Shown here: positions 26,100 to 34,821 of the stretch, in pieces
Position numbering within the stretch: the first letter of the stretch is position 1
How the letters are laid out: each line of letters begins with the position of its first letter
NCBI GenBank assembly: GCA_902555065.1
Contig: CACDQQ010000003.1
Coordinates: 130,467-194,466 of the forward strand
From: an uncultured Pelagibacteraceae bacterium
GTDB lineage: Bacteria; Pseudomonadota; Alphaproteobacteria; Pelagibacterales; Pelagibacteraceae
Direction: 5' to 3'
Length of the DNA stretch: 64,000 bases
The notes under the pieces: generated by a model
What the model was told of the DNA's origin: nothing
Databases searched by the model: none
What the model saw: only the letters and a program-made list of their open reading frames with translations
Made by a program: the position numbers and the translations under genes

Positions 26100-29000
26100 A
26101 TGAGTGAAAAATTACTAGTTCCAGATATTGGAGATTTTGAAGAGGTAGAAATCATAGAAATTCTTGTAAAAGAAGGAGATAAAATCTCTAAAAATGATCC
26201 TGTAATAACTTTAGAAAGTGATAAATCAAGTGTTGAAGTACCATCTGCCTTTGAGGGTGTTGTAGATACTATTAACATAAAGATTGGTGATAAAGTTTCT
26301 AAAGGAGATTTGATACTAACATTATCCTCTGAAAATGGAACTCAGCAAAAACAAGAAACTATTGAAAAGATACCACCCGCAACAGAAAAAATAATTGCGG
26401 AGGCAGAAAATTCCAATGGATATAATAATTCTGAATTAGATACTAGTGCACATAAAGAGATCATAGTAGAAAATTCAGAAGCAGAGGAACATAATAAAAG
26501 GTTAGAAATAGTCGAAAATAATAATGATATTGATCCTCAAGAGACAAAAGAATGGTTAGAATCCTTGTCTGCTGTAGTACATTCAGATGGTCCTGAGCGA
26601 GCTCATTTTTTAATTAAACAATTAATTGATCAGGCATATAAAGAGGGATCAAATATACCCTATACTCAAAATACACCATACATAAACACTATACCAGCAG
26701 ATGAAGAGATAAAATCCCCAGGAGATCAAAATATTGAAAGAAAAATCAGAGCACTAATTCGATGGAATTCAGCGGTGATGGTTGTAAGAGCAAACATGAG
26801 AGATCCTTCATTAGGAGGTCACATTGGAACATTTGCTTCAGCAGCAACTCTTTACGATATAGGAATGAATCATTTTTGGAGGGCCAAAAGCGATAAATTT
26901 GGTGGAGATTTAATTTATTTCCAAGGACATTCAGCACCTGGAATTTATGCTAGAGCTTATTTGGAAGGAAGACTTGAAGAGAAGCAATTAGATAGATTTA
27001 GACAAGAAGTTTACCCTGGAGGTTTGTCATCGTATCCTCATCCATGGCTTATGCCTAAGTTTTGGCAATTTCCAACTGTTTCGATGGGTCTTGGACCAAT
27101 GATGGCAACTTATCAGGCTAGATTTATGAAATATCTTATCAATAGAAAATTAATAAAAGATGAGAATAGAAAAGTTTGGTCTTTCCTAGGAGATGGTGAA
27201 ATAGATGAGCCAGAAGCTCTGGGATCTATTGGTTTAGCAGCAAGAGAAAAGTTAGATAACTTGATTTATGTTGTGAACTGCAACCTTCAAAGATTAGATG
27301 GTCCAGTAAGAGGCAATGGTAAAATAATTCAAGAATTAGAGGGAATTTTTAGAGGAGCTGGTTGGAATGTGATAAAAGTTATTTGGGGATCATATTGGGA
27401 TCCTTTACTTGCAAATGATAAATCAGGTTTACTTGTAAAAAGAATGAATGAAGCAGTTGATGGGGAATACCAAGCCTTTAAGGCAAAAGGTGGTTTATAC
27501 GTTAGAGATAACTTCTTTGGAAAATACCCTGAACTTAAAAAACTAGTTGCAAGTTATACAGATAGCGACATTTGGAAATTAAATAGAGGTGGTCACGACC
27601 CGCATAAAGTTTATGCTGCTTATCATAAAGCTGTTAATACAAAAGATAGACCAACAGTCATATTGGCTAAAACAATCAAAGGATATGGCATGGGAAAATC
27701 AGGAGAAAGTATAAATACAACTCACCAGCAAAAAAAATTAGGTGTAGATGATTTACTATATTATAGAGATAGATTTGATGTTCCATTAACAGACAAACAA
27801 GTCAAAAATATAGAATACTTTAGACCTGATGAAAATTCAGAAGAAATAAAATACTTAAAAAAAAGAAGATTAGCTATGGGAGGATATATTCCTGAGAGAT
27901 CATCTTTCTCGAAACCAATCAAAACACCGAGTAATGATATTTTTGACTTTATGAAAAAATCAACTGGTGAAAAAGAAATGTCAACTACCATGGCACTTGT
28001 TAGAATGTTGACGAATTTGCTAAGAGATAAAAATGTTGCTCCAAGACTTGTTCCCATAATACCGGATGAAGCAAGAACATTTGGTATGGAAGGTTTTTTC
28101 CAAAAAATAGGTATATACGCTCATGAAGGTCAAAAATATGAGCCAGAGGACGCAGCTCAATTAAGCTCTTACAAGGAAGAGAAAAGTGGTCAAGTTTTAG
28201 AGGAAGGAATAAACGAAGCTGGATCCATGGCATCATGGATAGCTGCAGGAACATCTTATTCAAATCATGATATAGAAATGATACCAATTTATCTTTTTTA
28301 CTCTATGTTTGGTTTTCAAAGAACCGGAGATTTTGCGTGGGCGGCTGGTGATAGTCAAACAAGAGGATTTCTAATTGGAGCTACGGCTGGAAGAACAACT
28401 TTGGCTGGAGAAGGTCTTCAACACCAAGATGGTCACAGTCATTTATTAGCATCAACAATTCCAAATTGTGTTTCTTATGATCCAACCTTTCATTATGAAT
28501 TAGCTACAATTTTTAAAGAAGGTTTAAGAAGAATGCATGAAAAACATGAAAATATTTTTTACTACATTACAACAATGAATGAAAATTATTCTCACCCAGA
28601 GATGCCCAAAGATTGTGAAGAAGGTATATTAAAAGGGATGTATAAAATAAAAGATTTCAGCAAGAATAAAAAAAATAAAATTCAATTATTGGGTTCAGGA
28701 ACAATTTTAAGAGAGATGATGGAGGCAGCAGAAATTTTACAAAATGAATATCAAGTAGATAGTGAAGTGTGGAGTGTTACCAGCTTTAATGAGTTAAGAA
28801 GAGATGGACTCGAAACAGAGAGGTATAACTTGCTTAATCCGGGAGGAGAAAAAAAAATCTCTTACGTTGAAAAATGCCTTGGAAAAACCGAAGGTCCTAT
28901 TTTAGCAGCTTCAGATTATATGAGAATGAATTCTGACCAAATTAGACCTTACATAAATAAAAGTTTTTATTCATTGGGTACAGATGGATTTGGTAGAAGT

Positions 29001-29168
29001 GACACAAGAAAAAATCTAAGAAAATTTTTTGAAGTCGATAAAGAGCATATAGTTGCATATGGCCTAAGTATTTTATCTAATGAACAATTAATTGCTTCTA
29101 AACATGCGGTAGATGCAATTAAAAAATATAAAATTGATAAAGATAAGCCTATGCCCACAAAATTATAA
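26100..29168 (+). CDS. aceE: Pyruvate dehydrogenase E1 (homodimeric AceE type) with an N-terminal lipoyl domain
   Basis: Lipoyl domain (VPDIGD...ESDKSSVEVPS), linker, then DIDPQETKEW, GGHI, FPTVSMGLGP, GDGE..EPE, GEGLQHQDGH. Confidence 0.96.
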   Translation: MSEKLLVPDIGDFEEVEIIEILVKEGDKISKNDPVITLESDKSSVEVPSAFEGVVDTINIKIGDKVSKGDLILTLSSENGTQQKQETIEKIPPATEKIIAEAENSNGYNNSELDTSAHKEIIVENSEAEEHNKRLEIVENNNDIDPQETKEWLESLSAVVHSDGPERAHFLIKQLIDQAYKEGSNIPYTQNTPYINTIPADEEIKSPGDQNIERKIRALIRWNSAVMVVRANMRDPSLGGHIGTFASAATLYDIGMNHFWRAKSDKFGGDLIYFQGHSAPGIYARAYLEGRLEEKQLDRFRQEVYPGGLSSYPHPWLMPKFWQFPTVSMGLGPMMATYQARFMKYLINRKLIKDENRKVWSFLGDGEIDEPEALGSIGLAAREKLDNLIYVVNCNLQRLDGPVRGNGKIIQELEGIFRGAGWNVIKVIWGSYWDPLLANDKSGLLVKRMNEAVDGEYQAFKAKGGLYVRDNFFGKYPELKKLVASYTDSDIWKLNRGGHDPHKVYAAYHKAVNTKDRPTVILAKTIKGYGMGKSGESINTTHQQKKLGVDDLLYYRDRFDVPLTDKQVKNIEYFRPDENSEEIKYLKKRRLAMGGYIPERSSFSKPIKTPSNDIFDFMKKSTGEKEMSTTMALVRMLTNLLRDKNVAPRLVPIIPDEARTFGMEGFFQKIGIYAHEGQKYEPEDAAQLSSYKEEKSGQVLEEGINEAGSMASWIAAGTSYSNHDIEMIPIYLFYSMFGFQRTGDFAWAAGDSQTRGFLIGATAGRTTLAGEGLQHQDGHSHLLASTIPNCVSYDPTFHYELATIFKEGLRRMHEKHENIFYYITTMNENYSHPEMPKDCEEGILKGMYKIKDFSKNKKNKIQLLGSGTILREMMEAAEILQNEYQVDSEVWSVTSFNELRRDGLETERYNLLNPGGEKKISYVEKCLGKTEGPILAASDYMRMNSDQIRPYINKSFYSLGTDGFGRSDTRKNLRKFFEVDKEHIVAYGLSILSNEQLIASKHAVDAIKKYKIDKDKPMPTKL

Positions 29169-30451
29169 TGAGTGAGAAAGAAGTATTAGTTCCTAACATT
29201 GGTGATTTTAAAGATGTTGAAGTAATTGAGGTATTAATAGAAGCGGGATCAAATATTAATAAAGATGATCCGATAATTACAATAGAAAGCGATAAATCAA
29301 GTGTTGAGATTCCAAGCCCATACTCAGGCAGTGTTAAAAAAGTTAATTTAAAAGTTGGTGATAAAGTTTCAGAGGGTTCATCAATACTAATAATTGGTTC
29401 AGAAGAAGAAAAACAAGATGACCAAATTGAAGAAGAGGTCAAGGAGATTAAAGAAGAAACTATTATACAAAAACCTCCTGAAAAAGTAATTTCAAAACCA
29501 AAAGAAATATTACAAAATAATAGAGTTAGTGTATTCAAATCAAGCAAAGCACTTGCTAGCCCAAAAACTAGAAAATTTGCAAGAGAACTTGGTGTTGATA
29601 TTAATAATGTTACTGGATCAGAAAGAGCAGGAAGAATTATAGAAGAAGATGTAAAAAAATTTGTATCTTCTAATTTTAATAAACCTCAAGAAGAAAAGAA
29701 GGCACAATCTATAAAACCCCCAGAATATGATCATGCTGATTTTGGAGATGTAGAAATTCAAGATATACCAAGAATTAAAAGAATTGCTGCTCCACATTTA
29801 TCAAATTCTTGGCAAACAATACCGCATGTAACTAGTTGTGATGAAGCAGATATTACGGAGTTGGAAGAATTTAGACAAAATTTGACTGATACTTTTACTG
29901 GAGAGAAAAAGAAAATTACTCCATTGGCATTTATTATAAAGGCAGTTGTGGAAGCTTTGAAAGTTTTTCCAAGATTTAATAGTTCAATTGATAATATTGA
30001 AAATGGAAAAATAACTTTAAAAAAATACTTTCATGTAGGAATTGCAGTTGATACTCCTAACGGATTAATGGTGCCTAAAATAAGAAATGCCAACCAAAAG
30101 AATATAGATCAAATAAGTAAGGATCTTAAAAAAGTAAGTGATGATTGTCGAAATTTGAAGATAGATAAAAAAGAATTTTACGGAGGATCAATAACTATAA
30201 CAAGCCTAGGTGGTATTGGAGGAACTTATTTTACTCCTATTATAAATTATCCGGAGGTTGCCATTTTAGGAATTGGTAGGACTTTTATCAAACCTGTCTT
30301 TATTGATGGACAATTTAAACCTAGAACAATGTTGCCTTTATCTCTCTCTTACGATCATAGAATTATTGACGGTGCTGAGGGTTCAAGATTTAATAATGAA
30401 TTAAAAAATAACCTTGGTAAAAACTTTGCCTACAAATTAGCTAAGCAATGA
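29168..30451 (+). CDS. aceF: Dihydrolipoamide acetyltransferase E2
   Basis: One lipoyl domain (ESDKSS), E3-binding domain ASPKTRKFARELG, catalytic SYDHRIIDG. Confidence 0.96.
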   Translation: MSEKEVLVPNIGDFKDVEVIEVLIEAGSNINKDDPIITIESDKSSVEIPSPYSGSVKKVNLKVGDKVSEGSSILIIGSEEEKQDDQIEEEVKEIKEETIIQKPPEKVISKPKEILQNNRVSVFKSSKALASPKTRKFARELGVDINNVTGSERAGRIIEEDVKKFVSSNFNKPQEEKKAQSIKPPEYDHADFGDVEIQDIPRIKRIAAPHLSNSWQTIPHVTSCDEADITELEEFRQNLTDTFTGEKKKITPLAFIIKAVVEALKVFPRFNSSIDNIENGKITLKKYFHVGIAVDTPNGLMVPKIRNANQKNIDQISKDLKKVSDDCRNLKIDKKEFYGGSITITSLGGIGGTYFTPIINYPEVAILGIGRTFIKPVFIDGQFKPRTMLPLSLSYDHRIIDGAEGSRFNNELKNNLGKNFAYKLAKQ

Positions 30452-31545
30452 TTAAAAATTTTAAACTTCTAAAAAATAAAACTGTATTTTACTTTAATGA
30501 CAATAAGTTTGAAATATTTCCTAATATTTGGTTAAGAGATCATATTAAAAATAAAGAAAACTGGGATTTTAAAACCAATCAAAGAAAAACTTATACCGCA
30601 AATTTGGACATTAATATCAATGTTAAAAAAGCAAAATTATTAAAAAAAGGGAAATTCATTGAAATATTATGGTCTGATGAAAATAAACCAACTAAATATT
30701 CATATGAATTTTTAAAAAAAAATTCTTTAAAAAAAGAAAAAACTAAAAGAGATACTCAATTTTGGAAAGATAAAGACATAAAAAATCAAATTTTCATTAA
30801 CTATAAACAATTAAAAACTAAAGTTGGATTTAAAAATTTATTAAAAAAAATCCACATATATGGTTTTGCAGTCGTAAGAAATTGTTCAAAGAATTTAAAC
30901 TCTGTTGAATACATAGCTAAAAAAATAGGTTATGTCAGAAATTCAATATTTGGAGGATTGTGGACTTTTGAGTCAAATAACAAAAAAGCAGACAGTGCAT
31001 ATTCGAACCAAGAACTGAGACCACATACAGATTCTACATATAGTAATGATGCTCCAGGTTTACAATTACTGCTTTGTTGTAAGTATGATGCTAAAGGTGG
31101 AGATTCTATAATGGTAGATGGATTTAGATTGGCAAATGAAATCAAACAAAAATATAAAAAACATTTTAAAACTTTAACAAATACGAAAGTTAAAGGTTCT
31201 TATATTGGTGATGGTGTCCGCCTTGAAGCAAAAAGACCAATAATAAAATTAAATGAAAAAAATAATTTTGATCAAATTAGTTTTAACAATTACGATAGAG
31301 CACCTTTTAGAGAAACTAATCAGAAAACAATTAATTTTTATAAAGCAATTAAAGTATTTGATACGATGGCAAACCAAAAGCAATATCAGTGGAGGCATAT
31401 TTTAAAACCTGGTGAATTACTAATTTTTAATAATTGGAGAGTAATGCATGGTAGAGGTGCATTTTTAGGTATAAGAAAAATGGCTGGTTGCTATATCAAT
31501 AAAGAAGATTTTGATAGCTGTTGTAGAATGAATAATATTATCTAA
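30448..31545 (+). CDS. Fe(II)/2-oxoglutarate dioxygenase, gamma-butyrobetaine/trimethyllysine hydroxylase-like
   Basis: N-terminal WLRDH domain, HTD facial-triad motif, PGLQLL, NWRVMHGR. Confidence 0.85.
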   Translation: MIKNFKLLKNKTVFYFNDNKFEIFPNIWLRDHIKNKENWDFKTNQRKTYTANLDININVKKAKLLKKGKFIEILWSDENKPTKYSYEFLKKNSLKKEKTKRDTQFWKDKDIKNQIFINYKQLKTKVGFKNLLKKIHIYGFAVVRNCSKNLNSVEYIAKKIGYVRNSIFGGLWTFESNNKKADSAYSNQELRPHTDSTYSNDAPGLQLLLCCKYDAKGGDSIMVDGFRLANEIKQKYKKHFKTLTNTKVKGSYIGDGVRLEAKRPIIKLNEKNNFDQISFNNYDRAPFRETNQKTINFYKAIKVFDTMANQKQYQWRHILKPGELLIFNNWRVMHGRGAFLGIRKMAGCYINKEDFDSCCRMNNII

Positions 31546-31559
31546 ATTTAATTAAATTA

Positions 31560-32447
31560 ATGTCCAAAACTACATCGCTTATATGCGCTTTGATAACAAC
31601 ATTTATTTGGGGCACTGCTTTCATTGCTCAAGACACAGGCATGGACAATATTGGTCCATTAACATTCAATGCATCTAGATTTTTTGTTGGTTTTCTTACA
31701 GTCCTGCCAATTGCTTTAATTTTAGAGAGAAAAAAAATTAATTATGAAATCAATTCTAATAAAAAATTATTTTTAAAATATTTATTTTTAATGGGTATAT
31801 CATTATTTTTGGGTACCTACTTGCAGCAAGCCGCATTACAATATACGAATATAGCTAATGCAGCTTTCTTTACAGTTTTTTACGTTCCGTTAGTTCCAAT
31901 TTTATTATTTTTTATTTATTCTATTAAAGTCCATTGGAGTCTTTGGCCTTCAATAGGTTTATGTATAATAGGTGTTTACCTATTAAGTGATTTTTCAAAC
32001 TCAGAAATTATGATAGGTGATGCTTTAGTTATTCTATGCTCACTATTTTGGGCTTTACATATAATTTTCGCTGGAAAATTTATGGAGAAGTTTAATATAC
32101 CAATTTTTTATGCAGCATTACAAGCAGCTCTTGTATTTGGTTTATCTCTTATATTTGCTTTTATTTTAGAGGAAGTAGTTATTACAAAAATTTTAACTGA
32201 GTATAGTTCAATTTTATATGCAGGCGTTTTATCTGGAGGAATTGCTTTTACTTTACAAATGTTTGCACAAAAAAATATTGAAGAAGCTCCAGCAGCAATA
32301 ATTTACTCTCTTGAAGGTGTCTTTGCAACAATTGCTGGATGGATTATTTTAAGTCAAGTTCTTAACATAAATAATATTATAGGATGTGTATTAATTCTTA
32401 TTGCTGTAATATTTTCTCAAATTGCTCCAACGTCCAAAAAATCATAA
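31560..32447 (+). CDS. DMT/EamA family transporter
   Basis: About ten TM helices, IWGTAFIAQ, GDAL, SLEGVFA. Confidence 0.9.
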   Translation: MSKTTSLICALITTFIWGTAFIAQDTGMDNIGPLTFNASRFFVGFLTVLPIALILERKKINYEINSNKKLFLKYLFLMGISLFLGTYLQQAALQYTNIANAAFFTVFYVPLVPILLFFIYSIKVHWSLWPSIGLCIIGVYLLSDFSNSEIMIGDALVILCSLFWALHIIFAGKFMEKFNIPIFYAALQAALVFGLSLIFAFILEEVVITKILTEYSSILYAGVLSGGIAFTLQMFAQKNIEEAPAAIIYSLEGVFATIAGWIILSQVLNINNIIGCVLILIAVIFSQIAPTSKKS

Positions 32448-33209
32448 GTAAATAATTGAAAAAAGAATAATACTTAAAACTATTCTATAAATAACAAAAA
32501 AACTCAAACTAAACATTTTAACATAAATAAGAAAATATTTAATTGTAAAATAAGAAAATAAAAATGAAGCTGTAGTAGAAAAAATAAATATAGCATTAAA
32601 ATTTATTTGATCATCAATAACATCCTTAAATCCCAAAACACTTGCACCTGCTAAAGCTGGAATAGACAAATAAAAAGCTATCTTTGATGATTCAACTCTA
32701 TCAAATTTTAAAAATCTTGAAGCTGTAATTACTATACCTGATCTACTGACTCCTGGAATAATAGCTAAAATCTGAAATAACCCTATTATAATAATACTTT
32801 TAATATTTAATTCTGAAGAAATTTTATTTTTCAATTCAAACTTATCTGAAAAGTATAATAAAATTCCAAAAATCAAAGTTGTCCAAGCGACAACTTTTAA
32901 GTTTCTAAATTGATCAATTATATTTGTGGAGTAAAAAATATAACCAACAATAACCAAAGGTATAGACCCAAGAATTATTAGTAGAAATATATTTTTATTA
33001 TTAATGATATTTATTAACTCTTTTCTAAAAAATACAATAATTGCTAACAAAGAACCTAAATGCAGACTAATATCTAATTGTAGGTTGCTAACATTGAAGT
33101 CACTCAATCTTGATATAATTAAAAGATGTGCAGACGAGCTAACTGGAATAAATTCAGATATTCCTTGAATAATTGATAATATTAGCGTCTCTACATATTT
33201 TGAAATCAT
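32442..33209 (-). CDS. uppP: Undecaprenyl-diphosphate phosphatase
   Basis: QGISEFIPVSSSAHL, HLGS, PGVSRSG. The ATG at 33209 is preferred over 33272. Confidence 0.93.
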   Translation of the reverse strand: MISKYVETLILSIIQGISEFIPVSSSAHLLIISRLSDFNVSNLQLDISLHLGSLLAIIVFFRKELINIINNKNIFLLIILGSIPLVIVGYIFYSTNIIDQFRNLKVVAWTTLIFGILLYFSDKFELKNKISSELNIKSIIIIGLFQILAIIPGVSRSGIVITASRFLKFDRVESSKIAFYLSIPALAGASVLGFKDVIDDQINFNAIFIFSTTASFLFSYFTIKYFLIYVKMFSLSFFVIYRIVLSIILFSIIYL

Positions 33210-33262
33210 TAGATCCAATACTTCATAATGAAATTGTAACCAAATTAAAGCAATTACATATT

Positions 33263-33279
33263 TGCATATCATCTATGCA
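33263..33279. promoter_or_regulatory. Palindromic operator candidate, GCA-N9-TGC type
   Basis: TGCATA-TCATC-TATGCA between divergent uppP and gltD. Confidence 0.4.
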
Positions 33280-33387
33280 TAATAAGAAAAAACCGCTGAT
33301 TTACTTAAGTTTTGTGAAATATTAGTCAATATTTATGACCTTGTAATTGTTTATTATTAAATTTTTATCGTATATACAGCGTCCACC

Positions 33388-34821
33388 ATGTCAAAAAAAA
33401 TGCTTAAGTTTGTTGATATAGGTCAACAAAATCCACCTAAAAGAGATATATCAGACCGAAAAGATGATTTTGATGAAATATATCAAGAATTTCTAAAAGA
33501 TAGAGCTGTTCAGCAGTCAAGCAGATGTTCCCAATGTGGAGTACCATTTTGCCAAGTTCATTGTCCATTAAGTAACAATATACCAGATTGGCTTAAACTA
33601 ACTGCTGAAGGAAGATATGAGGAAGCTTATCAATTATCACAAAGCACAAACAACATGCCAGAAGTTTGTGGAAGAATTTGCCCCCAGGATAGGCTGTGTG
33701 AAGGGAATTGTGTAATAGAGCAATCGGGTCATGGAACAGTAACTATTGGATCAATAGAAAAATATATCACAGAGAAAGCTTGGGAAAATGGTTGGGTTAA
33801 ACCAATAGAAATAAATAGTGAAAAAAATGAGAGTGTAGGAATTATAGGTTCTGGTCCTGCTGGACTTGCTTGTGGAGAACAACTCAGAAAAAAAGGATAC
33901 AAGGTAACTATATATGATCGTTATGACAGAGCTGGAGGACTACTAATATATGGTATCCCAGGATTTAAATTAGAAAAGCATGTTGTTCAAAGAAGAATAA
34001 AACTTTTGGAAGAAAGCGGAATTAAATTTGTTTTAAACTTTGAAGTTGGAAAAGATTCCAGCTTGACGGAGTTAAGAGAAAAACATGATGCAATTTTAAT
34101 AGCTACAGGAGTTTATAAAGCTAGAGAAGTTAATCTACCCGGTAATGATTTGAGTAATATTTTCCCTGCCATGGAATTTTTGACAGCATCAAATAAAAAA
34201 GGATTAGGTGATAAAGTTGAGTTATTTGATAACGGTACTTTAAATGCTGAAGGCAAAGATGTTGTAGTAATTGGAGGTGGAGATACAGCAATGGACTGCT
34301 TAAGGACTTCAGTGAGACAGAATGCTAAATCTGTAAAATGTTTATATAGAAGAGATAGAGAAAATATGCCAGGATCAGCAAGAGAAGTTGGCAATGCAGA
34401 AGAAGAAGGTGTTGAATTCATATGGTTAACAAGCCCTAAAGAGTTTAAGGGAACAAATAAAATTGAAAGTGTAGTTGTTAATAAAATGAAATTGGGTGAG
34501 CCAGATGATAGTGGTAGAAGAAAACCAGTTATTGAAGAAAATTCAGATTTTGAAATTAAAGCTGATCTTGTAATCAAAGCACTTGGATTTGATCCAGAAG
34601 ATCTTCCAAAATTATTTAATGAAGAAAAATTACAAGTATCAAGATGGGGAACAATAAAAGCGGATTTTGATACAATGGAAACTAGTATAGAGGGAGTTTT
34701 TGCAGCTGGAGATATAGTTCGTGGAGCATCTTTAGTGGTTTGGGGTATCAAAGACGGTAGAGATGCTGCAACATCAATTGATAATTATTTACAAAGTAAA
34801 CAAAAACTTAGAGTTGCTTAA
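33388..34821 (+). CDS. gltD: Glutamate synthase small subunit
   Basis: RCSQCGVPFCQVHCP, GRICPQDRLCEGNC, GSGPAG, GGGDTAMDC, AGDIVRGASLVVW. Confidence 0.97.
   Translation: MSKKMLKFVDIGQQNPPKRDISDRKDDFDEIYQEFLKDRAVQQSSRCSQCGVPFCQVHCPLSNNIPDWLKLTAEGRYEEAYQLSQSTNNMPEVCGRICPQDRLCEGNCVIEQSGHGTVTIGSIEKYITEKAWENGWVKPIEINSEKNESVGIIGSGPAGLACGEQLRKKGYKVTIYDRYDRAGGLLIYGIPGFKLEKHVVQRRIKLLEESGIKFVLNFEVGKDSSLTELREKHDAILIATGVYKAREVNLPGNDLSNIFPAMEFLTASNKKGLGDKVELFDNGTLNAEGKDVVVIGGGDTAMDCLRTSVRQNAKSVKCLYRRDRENMPGSAREVGNAEEEGVEFIWLTSPKEFKGTNKIESVVVNKMKLGEPDDSGRRKPVIEENSDFEIKADLVIKALGFDPEDLPKLFNEEKLQVSRWGTIKADFDTMETSIEGVFAAGDIVRGASLVVWGIKDGRDAATSIDNYLQSKQKLRVA

Noticed and set aside
34113-34751. 212-aa antisense ORF inside gltD, and the many similar short antisense ORFs in the track
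   Set aside because: Codon-mirror shadows of conserved genes, with no motifs or expression signals.
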